From: Candidatus Zixiibacteriota bacterium
GTDB taxonomy: Bacteria > RBG-13-66-14 > B26-G2 > WVWN01
Length of the DNA: 64,000 nt
Reading direction: 5' to 3'
Assembly: GCA_050117845.1 (NCBI GenBank)
Contig: JASFLY010000005.1
Location: forward strand, 69,512 to 133,511
In this document: in pieces, positions 38,060 through 48,593 of the stretch
How the letters are laid out: each line of letters starts with the position of its first letter
Position numbering within the stretch: the stretch's first letter is position 1
The notes under the pieces: generated by a model
What the model saw: only the letters and a program-made list of their open reading frames with translations
Databases searched by the model: none
Told to the model about the DNA's origin: nothing
Translations under genes and position numbers: made by a program

Positions 38060-39076
38060 TTGAAACTAACCAAGAAGACGAGAATTCTAATAGGTTTGGC
38101 CGTAAGCCTGGCTTCGGCCGTCGTGCTGGCGGTGGTCATCGACTGGCGCGAATTCGCGTCGTCGTTGGCCCGGGTGAATTACGTATTCCTGATTCCGGCG
38201 GTTTTATGCGTCGTCGCTTCCTACTTTTTCCGCGCGTTGCAGTGGCGTTACGTTCTGGGCGGAGTTCGTCGCGTGCCGGTCTATCCGTTGTTCCGCATAA
38301 CGATGATAGGCTTCTTCGCCAACGCCATCCTCCCGGCCCGGCTGGGCGAGGTGGTGCGGGCGTACATCCTGGCCCGGAAACAGAATTTGTCGAAGGGCAC
38401 GTCGTTCGCCTCGGTCATCGTAACGCGGCTGCTCGACGGCGCCGTGCTCTTCCTTATACTGGGCGGCGTCGCCGTCCTGATACCGGCTAAAATCGCGGGC
38501 GTTCGGGCCGGCGGGACGACCGGCTTCATAATCTATTTCACGCTGGTAAGTTTTTTCGTTTTATTTTATTTTAATCGGGGGGCGGCGACGAAGATAATAA
38601 AGTTTATTTTCGCGCCGTTCTCGAAGCGCGCCGCCATTAAAATCGTCCGCTCGCTCGACAAGTTCATACACGGCTTCAGCTGTTTTCGGAGCCCGGCGGA
38701 CCTGGGCAAGGCTTTTCTGTACTCGGGGGCGATATGGCTACTCGTGGCCTTATCCTATTACTTTATAAACCTGGGCTTCAAGTTCACGACGCCGCTGCCG
38801 CTGTACGCGCCCCTTCTGCTCGTGGCCATCGTGAGCCTTGCCATCTCGGTTCCGTCCTCACCCGGTTTCATCGGGACCATGGAACTCGGCGTCATTGCGG
38901 CGTTGCACATCATCGAACCGGATTTGACGCGCAACGAAGCGTTATCTTACGCTATAATCGTACACGTCGTCCAGGTGCTACCTTCGGTATTTATCGGCCT
39001 TTTCTACCTTTGGACGGAACATTTGACCATAGCGGAACTCGCCAAGGCCGATGAGATAGAAGCGGAAACGGCGTAA
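38060..39076 (+). CDS. Lysylphosphatidylglycerol synthase TM / flippase-like (UPF0104)
   Basis: 'NAILPARLGEVVRA', 'PSSPGFIGTME'. Confidence 0.85.
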   Translation: MKLTKKTRILIGLAVSLASAVVLAVVIDWREFASSLARVNYVFLIPAVLCVVASYFFRALQWRYVLGGVRRVPVYPLFRITMIGFFANAILPARLGEVVRAYILARKQNLSKGTSFASVIVTRLLDGAVLFLILGGVAVLIPAKIAGVRAGGTTGFIIYFTLVSFFVLFYFNRGAATKIIKFIFAPFSKRAAIKIVRSLDKFIHGFSCFRSPADLGKAFLYSGAIWLLVALSYYFINLGFKFTTPLPLYAPLLLVAIVSLAISVPSSPGFIGTMELGVIAALHIIEPDLTRNEALSYAIIVHVVQVLPSVFIGLFYLWTEHLTIAELAKADEIEAETA

Positions 39077-39089
39077 GGGGGAACACGTT

Positions 39090-39497
39090 ATGAGTAACCC
39101 GCGGACGGAACGTCGTCGTTACCCACGGGCCACTATAGACTACAGGGGCTTGCTCCAGACCGCGCACGGTGACCGGGTACGATTGCGGGCGCGAGATATA
39201 TCCGGGTCCGGAGTGTTTTTGTTCACCGAACAGAAGCTTAGCGAGTTCGTCGAGGTGTCGCTGACCATATCCTTGCCGGCCGTCGGCGCGTCGCCGGAGC
39301 ACACGTTCGAATGCCGGGGCATCATAGTGCGGGCCGAGGATATCGACGGCGAGCCGGGGTGGCCGTACGGCGCGGCCGTGCATTATACGGAGATAGACGA
39401 ACGGCACCGCGACGCCGTATGCGCGTACGTCACGGCGGTTATAGCCGAATCCGGCAAGAGTTTGGAAGCGAGGGGTGGCCGTATAGCCGAGTGTTAA
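39090..39497 (+). CDS. PilZ-domain protein
   Basis: RRRYPR and DISGSG c-di-GMP motifs. Confidence 0.85.
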   Translation: MSNPRTERRRYPRATIDYRGLLQTAHGDRVRLRARDISGSGVFLFTEQKLSEFVEVSLTISLPAVGASPEHTFECRGIIVRAEDIDGEPGWPYGAAVHYTEIDERHRDAVCAYVTAVIAESGKSLEARGGRIAEC

Positions 39498-39581
39498 TAA
39501 ACGAAGCCGGCCGCCGGACGACCGCGGGGCGGGATGCCGGAATGGGTGAGCCGGAGCGCTATTGAGGGAGTTGCCGTTAAA

Positions 39582-40574
39582 ATGTCAAAAAAGAAAACCG
39601 AACGTCTTTTCCATATCGTTAACGTTTTGCGGAGCGGGGCGGGTTACCGGGCGGCGGAATTGGCCGAGTTGTTGGGCGTATCCATGCGCACCATCTACCG
39701 AGACATCGCCGAGCTCTCCGACGTTATACCGATATATCAGGACCGCGGTTACCGCATAGTCCCGGAACCTTCCGTCGCCAGCCTGTCCTTCACGCGCGAG
39801 GAACTTTTGGCGGTCAAGCTAGCCGTCACGATGCCGCCTTTGACCGCGGCCTCGCCCTACGCCTCCGCTACGCGCTCGGCCGTCATTAAGGTCGAGGACC
39901 AGCTGGCCCGCCTCTTCGGCGAAACCCCCGACGAGAATTCCGTAACGGTTCACGTCAAGGCGTACCCCGCCGGCGAAACGACGGTGCGCGCCCTGCGCGA
40001 CCTGGAGGAGGCCATTCGGCTCCGGCGCAGCGTCGAAATCGAGTACTTCACCTTCAGTCGGAGCGCGACCACCTGGCGCTCGGTCGATCCCTACGGCCTT
40101 ACGTTCCGGCGGCACAGCTGGTACCTGGTCGGCTACTGCCACTTCCGCCGGGAGGCGCGGATATTCCGCGTCGATCGCATCCTGTCGCTCAGGCCCACGG
40201 GCGACGAGTTCGTCCGGCCCGAGGGCTTCTCGGTGGAGGAGTTCTTCGCCGATACCTGGGAAGTCTATACGTCGGCCATCAAGGCCCCGGTGAAGCTCCG
40301 CTTCGCCTCGGCGATGGAGCCGCTGGCCCGGCCCGAACTCGAGCAGCGCGGCAAGTTCAGCCCTACCGGGAACGGCGGCGGCGTCCTCTTCGAGGGGGAG
40401 GTCCCGTTGTCGGACGAATTCTACCGCTGGCTCTTGACGTTCGGGGACGACGTGGAAGTGCTCGAACCCGCGACGTTGCGGTCGAAGATAGCGGCCAAGC
40501 TCAAGGCCGCGGCCGCCCGCTACGCGGGCGTGGCCGGCGGCACGGCGAATCCGGCGAAAGGGCTCGACGCGTGA
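39582..40574 (+). CDS. WYL-domain transcriptional regulator (YafY/PafBC-like)
   Basis: HTH '[10 protein letters not shown]', 'WYLVGYC', 'FRVDRI', 'VEVLEP'. Confidence 0.92.
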   Translation: MSKKKTERLFHIVNVLRSGAGYRAAELAELLGVSMRTIYRDIAELSDVIPIYQDRGYRIVPEPSVASLSFTREELLAVKLAVTMPPLTAASPYASATRSAVIKVEDQLARLFGETPDENSVTVHVKAYPAGETTVRALRDLEEAIRLRRSVEIEYFTFSRSATTWRSVDPYGLTFRRHSWYLVGYCHFRREARIFRVDRILSLRPTGDEFVRPEGFSVEEFFADTWEVYTSAIKAPVKLRFASAMEPLARPELEQRGKFSPTGNGGGVLFEGEVPLSDEFYRWLLTFGDDVEVLEPATLRSKIAAKLKAAAARYAGVAGGTANPAKGLDA

Positions 40575-40999
40575 GGGCCCCCGGCCGCGCGCTTCTGTGC
40601 CTCGCGCTCGTCCTGGCGATGCTGGCCTCCGGCTGCAGTTTTACGCGTCGCTACTCCTCCTCTTCCTCTTCCTCTTCCCGCACCGGCCGCGACAGCCGTC
40701 CCACGGGATACCGCGAGACCGGGAAGGCGTCTTACTACGGCCGCGAGGCCCACGGCCAGCCGACGGCCTCGGGCGAGAAGTTCAACATGAACGCGCTGAC
40801 GGCCGCCCACAAGACGCTCCCCTTCGACACCCGCGTCCGCGTCACGAACCTTTCCAACGACAAGAGCGTTACCGTACGGATTAACGACCGGGGACCCTTC
40901 GTCGCCGGCCGCGTCATCGACCTCTCCTATGCCGCGGCCAAGAAAATAGGAATGCTCGACGCCGGGGTGGTCAGCGTCGAGCTTGTCGTCGTAAAATAA
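40571..40999 (+). CDS. rlpA: RlpA-family lytic transglycosylase lipoprotein (DPBB domain only)
   Basis: Lipobox ASGC, 'GKASYYG', 'TAAHKTLP', 'INDRGPF...IDLS'. Confidence 0.92.
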   Translation: MRAPGRALLCLALVLAMLASGCSFTRRYSSSSSSSSRTGRDSRPTGYRETGKASYYGREAHGQPTASGEKFNMNALTAAHKTLPFDTRVRVTNLSNDKSVTVRINDRGPFVAGRVIDLSYAAAKKIGMLDAGVVSVELVVVK

Positions 41000-41008
41000 A
41001 ACCGGTTG

Positions 41009-42112
41009 CTATTCGACCGTGACGAGCGCGGTTGCTAGCTCCGCCAGCTTGGCGAGCGAGGCGACCGCGATTCTTTCGTCGGTCGTGTGTATCTTCTCGA
41101 AGCCGCAGCCCAGGACGATGGCGGGCAGGCCGCGGGCGTTGAAGACGTTGGCGTCCGACCCTCCGCCGCCGGCGACCAGCTTGGGCATGAGGTCCGCCGC
41201 CCGTGCCGCCAGGCGGAAAAGCTCCACGGGGTCGGTGTCGTCCGAGAGGCGGTACGATACGTACGCCTCCTCCCATTTTATCTCCACCACGCCGCCGAAT
41301 TCGGCCGCCGCTTTTTCCATCTTCCGTGTAATGTGATCCACGTGGCGACGAAGCTTCTCGGCGTCGTGGGAGCGGACTTCGCCCTCTATTTTGGCTTCCT
41401 CTGAGACGATGTTTACGGCCTTACCGCCGGATATGAGGCCGATGTTGGCCGTCGTCTCGTGGTCGATGCGGCCCAACTGCATCGACGCGATGGCCGAGGA
41501 CGCCATCTGAATGGCGTTGATGCCCTTCTCCGGCTCGATGCCGGCGTGGGCCGCCCGGCCGCGGAACGTCGCGGTTACGAGTTCGGACCCGGGGGCCGCG
41601 TTGACGGCGTAGCCCGGAGGTTCCGACGTATCGAGGACGAACGCCCGCCGACTCTCGATGGCGCCGTAGTCGGCGTGTTTCGCCCCCTGCAAGCCCACTT
41701 CCTCCGCGACGGTGAATAGCATCTCCACGGGGCGGCGGCGGCGTAGCCGGCCGGCGATATCGGCGAGTTCGAGCATGGCCGCCACCGCGGCGCGGTTGTC
41801 GGCGCCGAGGATGGTGTCGCCCCGGCTGACCAGGTAGCCGTTCTTGATTTTGGCCTTCACGCCCGCGCACGGTTGCACCGTGTCGAGGTGGGCGCTCAGT
41901 AGCACGGCGTCGCCCTCGCCGTCCATCTTCGCCAGGATGTTTCCGGCCTCGCCGTCGATGGCCTCGCCGGCGTCGTCCTCGCTTACGGACCAGTCGGCGC
42001 CCAGCCGGCCCAGGACGTAGTCGGCGACGTCGCGTTCGCCCTTGCTCGGGCCGTATATGCCGGCGAGTTCCTTGAACGTTTTAACGAGCCGGCGTTTGTT
42101 TATTTTTATCAT
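41009..42112 (-). CDS. M20 family peptidase (peptidase T-like)
   Basis: 'SAHLDTV', 'LGADN', 'EEVGL', 'GGGSDAN', 'IHT'. Confidence 0.9.
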   Translation of the reverse strand: MIKINKRRLVKTFKELAGIYGPSKGERDVADYVLGRLGADWSVSEDDAGEAIDGEAGNILAKMDGEGDAVLLSAHLDTVQPCAGVKAKIKNGYLVSRGDTILGADNRAAVAAMLELADIAGRLRRRRPVEMLFTVAEEVGLQGAKHADYGAIESRRAFVLDTSEPPGYAVNAAPGSELVTATFRGRAAHAGIEPEKGINAIQMASSAIASMQLGRIDHETTANIGLISGGKAVNIVSEEAKIEGEVRSHDAEKLRRHVDHITRKMEKAAAEFGGVVEIKWEEAYVSYRLSDDTDPVELFRLAARAADLMPKLVAGGGGSDANVFNARGLPAIVLGCGFEKIHTTDERIAVASLAKLAELATALVTVE

Positions 42113-42122
42113 CGCGGCGGCC

Positions 42123-43172
42123 CTAGTCCTCTTCCCACGCCGCGACGGCGGCGGGGCCGCTCAGGCCGGTGACGGTCTTTATGGCGTTTCCGGCGGTATC
42201 GTAGATCTCGACCGTTCCCGCTCCCATATCGGCGACGTAGACCCGGCCCTCGTCCACGTCCGCGTAGACGTCCTCCGGGTTCGCGAGGCCCGGCACGACG
42301 AACAGAGCCGGCGTCGTATAATTCTGATACGTCCCGGAGAGGTCGTACGGGAAGGCGACCAGTACGCCCCGTTCCGCGTCGACGACGAACACCGCTCCGG
42401 CCGTCTCGTCCACGGCTATGCGGACCGGCGCGTCGAAGCCGCTGACCGACGCCAGTTCGGCGCCTTTGGCCGAGAGCCGGACGACGCGCCCTTCGGAGCG
42501 GCTGGAGGCCCAGGCCCGGCCGTCGCCGTCCGCCGCCACGGCCCAGGGGTTATCGAGGTCCGCGTACCTTCCCTTCTCCACCGCCGCCACGGCGGCGTCG
42601 CCGGTAGCGGAGCCGCTTATCTTGACGACGGCGTCGTTGCCCTCGTCCGCGATCCAGACGTCCCCGGTGCTCGGGTCGACCGATACGTTGCGCGGGTACG
42701 ACAGGCCGGTGACGCGGGCGAGTACGTCCCCGCCGCCGCTCAGGCGCACGACGCGGTTATTCCCCCGGTCCGCGACCCAGCATTCCCCCGAAGCCTGGCC
42801 GACGGAGAGCCCCGTCGGGTTCAGGAATATGAAACCCTGTCCTTCCCCGGGCGAGGAGTAAACGAGTTCGCCGTCGGAGTTGAACTTGCGTACGCGGTTA
42901 GTGTAGAAATCGCATACCCAGGTCGCGCCGTTCTTTTCGTAGACGTCGAGTGAATTGGGCTTGCTGAACGTATTCCGGTCGCCCGCCACCTTGATAAGCG
43001 CGCTGTCCTCGTCATATATGGCGACCGTTTTGTTCGGCTGTTCGGCGACCCATATCCGAAGGCCCGTTATCGGCGTGGAGCCGCCTCCCTCGGTGTCGGG
43101 GTCGCATCCCGTGAAAAGGGACAAAGCGACGGCCGCGACGCAGGCCGCGATTAACGTTTTTTTATTAAGCAT
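42123..43172 (-). CDS. NHL-repeat beta-propeller lipoprotein
   Basis: Lipobox FTGC; repeated 'P..VxVD..G.VWVAD..NNRV'. Confidence 0.85.
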   Translation of the reverse strand: MLNKKTLIAACVAAVALSLFTGCDPDTEGGGSTPITGLRIWVAEQPNKTVAIYDEDSALIKVAGDRNTFSKPNSLDVYEKNGATWVCDFYTNRVRKFNSDGELVYSSPGEGQGFIFLNPTGLSVGQASGECWVADRGNNRVVRLSGGGDVLARVTGLSYPRNVSVDPSTGDVWIADEGNDAVVKISGSATGDAAVAAVEKGRYADLDNPWAVAADGDGRAWASSRSEGRVVRLSAKGAELASVSGFDAPVRIAVDETAGAVFVVDAERGVLVAFPYDLSGTYQNYTTPALFVVPGLANPEDVYADVDEGRVYVADMGAGTVEIYDTAGNAIKTVTGLSGPAAVAAWEED

Positions 43173-43280
43173 TATACCCGCTCCTTGACCGGGGAGATAA
43201 ACCCGGTTCTCGTTTCGGCTTTTTTATTGTTGAATCGAGTGTCAAGAATACAATAGCCGGAAGACTTTTACAAGGTGGCC

Positions 43281-44567
43281 TTAACGGCTCGCCGGGGCGC
43301 GCGGGGCCTTTACCGACATGAAAATGAGCGCCGCGATAATCTCGAGGACGGCGAGCGAGGCGACCGCGAGGCGGTATTTGCCCACGGGCCATGCCTTCGC
43401 GGCGAGGATAATCCCGCCCCACAACAGCGGCCCCACCGTCGCGGCCACGCGGCTCGAGAGCGAGTACAGGCCGAAGAACTCGCCCTGCTCCTCCTCGGCC
43501 ACGAGGCCCGCCAGGAAAGGCCGGGCCGCCGTCCAGGTGAATCCCAAACCTATCCCCACGAGCGAGCCACCCACCCAGAAGAGCGCCGGATGGTTGGCCG
43601 CGGCGATGAGCACGAACGTTCCGGCCCAGCCCAGCGCCGTTACGATGGTCGTCTTGCGCGGCCCCCATCGGTCGGTCACGAAACCGGCGACCGCGGCCCC
43701 GATGACGGCGAAGGTCGTGGCTACGATGAATAATGGTATCTTGGCCGAGTCCGGCATCTCGAACACGACATTGGCGTAGACCGCCATGAACACGATGGCC
43801 GTCGCGACCGGGTCCTGCAGGAAAAGGTTGCCGATTAGGAAGCGGAAGACCTCCGGCCTTTCGCGGGCGCGTTTGAACGTCGATACTATTTTTCGCAGTC
43901 CCCACGCCGGCGAGCGGCGCTCCGCGCCCTCCCGCGGTTCCTTCAGCCATACGAAGACGGGGAGCGAGAGCAAAAGTAAGATGAGGGCGGTGGGGATGAA
44001 GGCGGCAGCCCGTCCCTCCGCGAGCGTCGGCACCCAGCCGTTGACGAAGGGCCACACGGCGATAAGGCCCACGATGGCGCCGACGTAGCCGAGCGCGGTC
44101 CCCAGGCCCGACACCCTGCCCTCCCGGCCGGGGGGCGCGGCGGTCCGCAGGAGCGCGTTGTAATACGTCTGGCCGCCTATGTAGAAGTAGTTGGCCAGGC
44201 CGAACGCCACCAGGCCGAGTACCCCTTTCCAATAAATGGGCCGGACCAGCGCCGCGACGTTGCCTATCGCCAGCGTAAAGGCGACGCACCCGACGGTGTA
44301 AATCAAAAGACCCCGCAGGCGGTTCTTGCCTGCGTCCGCCAGGGCGCCGAGTATCGGCATCGTGACGGCGACGGCGAGCATCGAGGCCGAGTAGGCGATG
44401 CTGTACGAGATGTCTTCGAAACCCAGGTCGATGATTATCCACTGGGCGAAGTACATCGTAATGACGTTCATGGAGAAGACGGTGTTGGCGAGGTCGTACG
44501 TGGCCCAGGCCCACGCCCGGCCCGGCAGCGTGAGGTAGAGCGCGTCGGCTAAACGGCGCGGCTTCAT
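43281..44567 (-). CDS. MFS transporter (UMF1/Atg22-like)
   Basis: 'WAWATYDLAN', 'GEFFGLYSL'. Confidence 0.88.
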   Translation of the reverse strand: MKPRRLADALYLTLPGRAWAWATYDLANTVFSMNVITMYFAQWIIIDLGFEDISYSIAYSASMLAVAVTMPILGALADAGKNRLRGLLIYTVGCVAFTLAIGNVAALVRPIYWKGVLGLVAFGLANYFYIGGQTYYNALLRTAAPPGREGRVSGLGTALGYVGAIVGLIAVWPFVNGWVPTLAEGRAAAFIPTALILLLLSLPVFVWLKEPREGAERRSPAWGLRKIVSTFKRARERPEVFRFLIGNLFLQDPVATAIVFMAVYANVVFEMPDSAKIPLFIVATTFAVIGAAVAGFVTDRWGPRKTTIVTALGWAGTFVLIAAANHPALFWVGGSLVGIGLGFTWTAARPFLAGLVAEEEQGEFFGLYSLSSRVAATVGPLLWGGIILAAKAWPVGKYRLAVASLAVLEIIAALIFMSVKAPRAPASR

Positions 44568-44575
44568 GGCGGAGG

Positions 44576-45832
44576 TCAGGGCGACGGCGCGTCGCGATGG
44601 ACGACTTCGCCCCCGGCGATGGTCGCCCAGCTCCGCACCGGCCCCCAGTCGTAGAAGAGTTCGTTGACGTCGCCCGTGTCGAAGATGGCCACGTCGGCGG
44701 CCTTGCCCCGCTCGAGCGAGCCGGTCCGATCCGCCCGGCCGAGCGAGTGGGCCGCGTTAATCGTCACGGCGTGGAGCATCTCCGCCGGCTTCATCTTGAG
44801 GTACGTGGCCGCCGGCGTGAGTATAGTCCGTAGCGACATAGCGTGGCAGGACCCGGGGTTGTGGTCGCTCGCGACCGCCACGAGGGCCCCGGCGTCGATG
44901 AGCTCCCGGGCCGGCGCGAAGTGGCTAGAGCCCAGGAACACCGTCGTCCCGGGCAGGATGACCGCCACCGTGTCCGAACCGGCCAGCGCCCGCACGCCCG
45001 CCTCGGTTATAACGGCGAGGTGGTCGACGGACGCCGCACCCATCTCCACGGCGAGTTCCGTCCCGCCCATCGCCTCGAACTCGTCGGCGTGGATGCGGAG
45101 CCCCAGGCCCGCCTCCCGGCCGGCCTCGAGCAGCGTCCGCGATTCCTCCACCGTGAAGGCGCCGCGGTCGCAGAAGACGTCGCAGTACTCGGCGAGGCCC
45201 TCGGCGACGACGGCCGCGGTCATCTCTCCGGCCACGAGGTCCACGAAGTTCGACCGGCGCCGCGTGTACTCCGGCGGAAGGGCGTGGGCGCCCATGAAGG
45301 TCGGGACTATAGATATGGGGGTCTCCCGGCCCACCCGGCTTGCGACGCGAAGCATCTTGAGTTCGCCGTCGGTCGTCAGGCCGTAGCCGCTCTTGACCTC
45401 CACCGTCGTCGTACCGTGGCTCAGCATGAGCTGGGCCCGGCGGGCCGCCGCGGCGAACAGCCCTTCCTCGCTCTCGGCGCGGGTGTGTTCCACCGAGGAG
45501 AGGATGCCGCCCCCGGCCTCGAAGATCTCGATGTACGAGGCGCCGCCCAGCCGCATCTCGTACTCGTCGGCCCGGGAGCCGCCGTATACCAGATGGGTGT
45601 GGCAATCGACGAGGCCCGGCGTAACGAGGCGGCCGCCGCAGTCGAGCGTCTCGCAATCGGCGCCGGCGTGCATCTCCACCTTGTCCCGGGGGCCCACGGC
45701 TACGATGGCGCCGCCCCGGATGAGGAGCGCGTCGCCCGCGGCGAGAGTCTTCTCGGCGAGCGCGGGGCCCCGGCGCGGCCCTCCGGCGGCGGTGAATATC
45801 TGGCCGGCGTTATGGAGTAATAATTCCGCCAT
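44576..45832 (-). CDS. hutI: Imidazolonepropionase
   Basis: 'PGLVDCHTH', 'GTTTVEVKSGYG', 'HADE', 'DHNPG'. True start is ATG 45832 inside the long ORF-track ORF. Confidence 0.92.
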   Translation of the reverse strand: MAELLLHNAGQIFTAAGGPRRGPALAEKTLAAGDALLIRGGAIVAVGPRDKVEMHAGADCETLDCGGRLVTPGLVDCHTHLVYGGSRADEYEMRLGGASYIEIFEAGGGILSSVEHTRAESEEGLFAAAARRAQLMLSHGTTTVEVKSGYGLTTDGELKMLRVASRVGRETPISIVPTFMGAHALPPEYTRRRSNFVDLVAGEMTAAVVAEGLAEYCDVFCDRGAFTVEESRTLLEAGREAGLGLRIHADEFEAMGGTELAVEMGAASVDHLAVITEAGVRALAGSDTVAVILPGTTVFLGSSHFAPARELIDAGALVAVASDHNPGSCHAMSLRTILTPAATYLKMKPAEMLHAVTINAAHSLGRADRTGSLERGKAADVAIFDTGDVNELFYDWGPVRSWATIAGGEVVHRDAPSP

Positions 45833-45834
45833 GA

Positions 45835-46806
45835 TTAGAAACGGGGTTCGCCGTTTTCGATTATGACGTCGCCGCCCTCCGTCACGAGCGTGGGGGAGAG
45901 GATGACGCCGTCGAGGTGGACGCCGACGTCGTTGCTGCCGCCGAAGCCGACGTTGTTGCCCAGGGCGAGGTGCACCGTCCCCAGGATCTTCTCGTCCTCG
46001 AGGATGGCCCCGGTCAACTGCGCGGTGGGGTGGGTCCCTATGCCGAGTTCGGCCAGGACCTTGCCCGGGTCCCCGAAGGGCTTGATCAGCTCGCTCAAGG
46101 CCGTGGCCTCGTCGCCCCCCTCGATAGCGGTCGCCAGGCCGTCCGTGAAGGTGACGGTGACTGGGGTGTCGATGCGACCCACACCCGCGAACGAGCCGTC
46201 GAAGACGGCCACGCCGGAACTGCCCTCCAGCACGGGGCCGCCGCAGACCTCGCCCGCCGGCAGGTTGCCGAAGCGCCCGGCCTCGTGGTATATCCCGGAG
46301 TCGACGGAGAACGCGGCGCCTTCCGTGTTGAGCGTCATGTCCGTCCCGCCCGGCGACGTCAACCCGAACTTCTTCACGCCGGCGATTCGCTGGGCGAGGG
46401 CCGCGCTGCGCGCCGCCACCTCGCCGTAGTCCACGGCCATGGTGCGGATCATCATATCGGCGGTGATGCCCGGCATGGAGGCGCAACGGGCCCCGGCCGC
46501 GGACGCGGCCTTGCGGGCCTTGGTGTGCGACAGCGAAACTCGCGTCGGCAGCAGCAGCACTTCGGCGGCCGCCATCATCGGGACCACGGGCGCCGGCGGT
46601 TCCTCGCCGTTGACGTTGCGCGGCGTCATTATCGTCAGGACGGGTTCGGCGCCCAGGGCGCCCGCTTCCGCCGCGAGGGCTTCCCCGACCGGCCGGGCCA
46701 CGTCGTCCGTGACGACGACGACCGTCTCGCCGGCCTGCACGTTCATGCACCCGGCCAGCGTCCGTCGGGCGGCTTCGCGTAATTTGTCATCCATAACCTG
46801 CTCCAA
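45835..46806 (-). CDS. M29/thermophilic leucyl aminopeptidase-like protein
   Basis: 'SLSHT', 'GNLPAGE', 'AELGIG', 'EDEK..GTVHLALG', 'HLDGV'. Confidence 0.85.
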   Translation of the reverse strand: MEQVMDDKLREAARRTLAGCMNVQAGETVVVVTDDVARPVGEALAAEAGALGAEPVLTIMTPRNVNGEEPPAPVVPMMAAAEVLLLPTRVSLSHTKARKAASAAGARCASMPGITADMMIRTMAVDYGEVAARSAALAQRIAGVKKFGLTSPGGTDMTLNTEGAAFSVDSGIYHEAGRFGNLPAGEVCGGPVLEGSSGVAVFDGSFAGVGRIDTPVTVTFTDGLATAIEGGDEATALSELIKPFGDPGKVLAELGIGTHPTAQLTGAILEDEKILGTVHLALGNNVGFGGSNDVGVHLDGVILSPTLVTEGGDVIIENGEPRF

Positions 46807-46813
46807 TGGGTCT

Positions 46814-48583
46814 TTACTGCACGTATCCCAGCGATTTGAGTTTCTCTTTGGTATCGTCGTCGGCCGCGCTCTCCGCCGGGAGGGGCGGCTGGGCGTTGAA
46901 GTGGCCGTCGAGGAGGAGCCGGAGTTCCCGTACCAGTTCGCGGTTCCGTTCCGACAGGTCGGCGGTTTCGGCCGGATCGGCCTCCAGATTATACAGCTCC
47001 GTCGCGTCGGCCCCGGGGCCGAAGATGAGTTTGGAAAGGGGGCCCCGGCCGGGAGGCCGCTTCACGACCATCCGGTAGTTGACGCCCGCCTCGAGCGACT
47101 CCCCGTAAATAGGCGCGTCGGGAGGTACGTTCGGCCAGTCGGTTGTTGTCTCTCCGAAAAGGCCGGCGAGGAGGAAGTCGTGCAGGGAGGTCGAGACGAA
47201 GGGCACCGTCCACGCGGCCTCGCCCGCCCGCGGGAAGGCCGGCGGCGCGGCGACGATAAGCGGGACGTGCATGCACGGTTCGTAGACGTAGCGGCCGTGG
47301 TCGTAGTAGTAATCGTGCTCGCCCAGGCTCTCGCCGTGGTCCGCGACCGCGACGATGACGGTGTTGTCCCGCTCGCCCGTGTCGTCCAGCGCGGCCAGGA
47401 GTTTCCCGATTTCGTTGTCCATGAAGGCCACTTCGCCGTCGTACGCCTGGACGTGGGGGTCGTGGGCCCGCGTCTTGTGGAGATACTCGGGCGGCGGCTC
47501 GTACGGCGTGTGGGGGTCGAAATAGTGGACCCAGAGGAAGAAGGGCCGGTTCTCCTCGCCGTGCAGCCACTCCAGCGCCGGCGCCGTGACCTCGTTGCCC
47601 GGCCTTTGGAGCCGCGCCTTGACGTTAATAAGGCCCAGGCCGCCGGCCAACCGCGCGATCGTCAGGCGGCTCGCCGCCCGGCCGGTCGAGAACGCGTCGT
47701 CGTAGAACTCGAAGCCGCGGGCGAAGCCGAGCTTGGAGGAGACGGGGAAGGCGGCCACGACCGCGCCCGTCCGGTATCCCCGGGCCCGTAGCGTCTCGGC
47801 CAGCGTCGGGACCTCTTCGGGGAGCGTGACGCCGTTCTGCACGACGCCGAGTTCGCGCGGCGTCCGGCCCGTCAGAAGCGACGCGTGGCTCGGGCCGGTG
47901 AGGGGCATGGGGCAGTAGGCCCGTCGGTAGACCTCGCCGGCCGCGGCCAGCTCGTCGAGGTTGGGCGTGAGGCCCGCCGGCCCGCCGTACGCCCCCAGCC
48001 TGTCCGCCCGGGTCGTGTCCATCGTTATTAAAAGGAGGTTGCGCGCGCCCGGCGGGGCCTGTGCCTCGGGGGGCCCCAGCCGATAGGTCGAGCCGGAAAC
48101 CAGGGCCGCCGTGGTAATCGCCCCGAAGATCACGACGGCCGGGACGGTCGACCGGGAGATACGGCCGAGGCGAATCGGCGGGATGAATCGGATCGCCAGC
48201 CAGCATACCGCCAGTAGCGCGAGGTCGACGAGGAGGCTGAGGGGGTGCGCCTTGCCGGGAAGGACGGCCTCGTTCAGGTAGTAGCCGCCGTAGAAGAGCG
48301 CGGCCAGGGCCAGCGCGAACGTGACGCCGGAGGTCCGCGCGCCGAATACGGCTTGGCCGGGGCGAACGCGCCGCAACAGGGCGAAGGCCACCGCGGCGAC
48401 CGCCGCCAGTACGGCCCCTATCGCCGCCGCAATGAAGACGAGTTCCAGCGCTCCGCCGCGCGACGTCGTCAGTTCCGGGTCGAAGATGAGGACCAGCGCC
48501 GCCTCCCACGCGCCGATAAGGCCCCCGGTAACGGAGGCCCCGACGGTGAATCTCAAAATGGGAGGAGTTGAGGCGTTACTCAT
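46814..48583 (-). CDS. Membrane-anchored sulfatase-like (alkaline phosphatase superfamily) protein
   Basis: N-terminal TM helices; 'DTTRAD', 'LTGPSHASLLTG', 'DPH', 'DHGE'. Confidence 0.85.
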   Translation of the reverse strand: MSNASTPPILRFTVGASVTGGLIGAWEAALVLIFDPELTTSRGGALELVFIAAAIGAVLAAVAAVAFALLRRVRPGQAVFGARTSGVTFALALAALFYGGYYLNEAVLPGKAHPLSLLVDLALLAVCWLAIRFIPPIRLGRISRSTVPAVVIFGAITTAALVSGSTYRLGPPEAQAPPGARNLLLITMDTTRADRLGAYGGPAGLTPNLDELAAAGEVYRRAYCPMPLTGPSHASLLTGRTPRELGVVQNGVTLPEEVPTLAETLRARGYRTGAVVAAFPVSSKLGFARGFEFYDDAFSTGRAASRLTIARLAGGLGLINVKARLQRPGNEVTAPALEWLHGEENRPFFLWVHYFDPHTPYEPPPEYLHKTRAHDPHVQAYDGEVAFMDNEIGKLLAALDDTGERDNTVIVAVADHGESLGEHDYYYDHGRYVYEPCMHVPLIVAAPPAFPRAGEAAWTVPFVSTSLHDFLLAGLFGETTTDWPNVPPDAPIYGESLEAGVNYRMVVKRPPGRGPLSKLIFGPGADATELYNLEADPAETADLSERNRELVRELRLLLDGHFNAQPPLPAESAADDDTKEKLKSLGYVQ

Positions 48584-48593
48584 AGTAAACGCA

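Noticed and set aside
45833..46750. Large N-terminal extension of HutI in the ORF track
   Set aside because: Arg-rich off-frame reading of the aminopeptidase gene; HutI homology starts at 45832.
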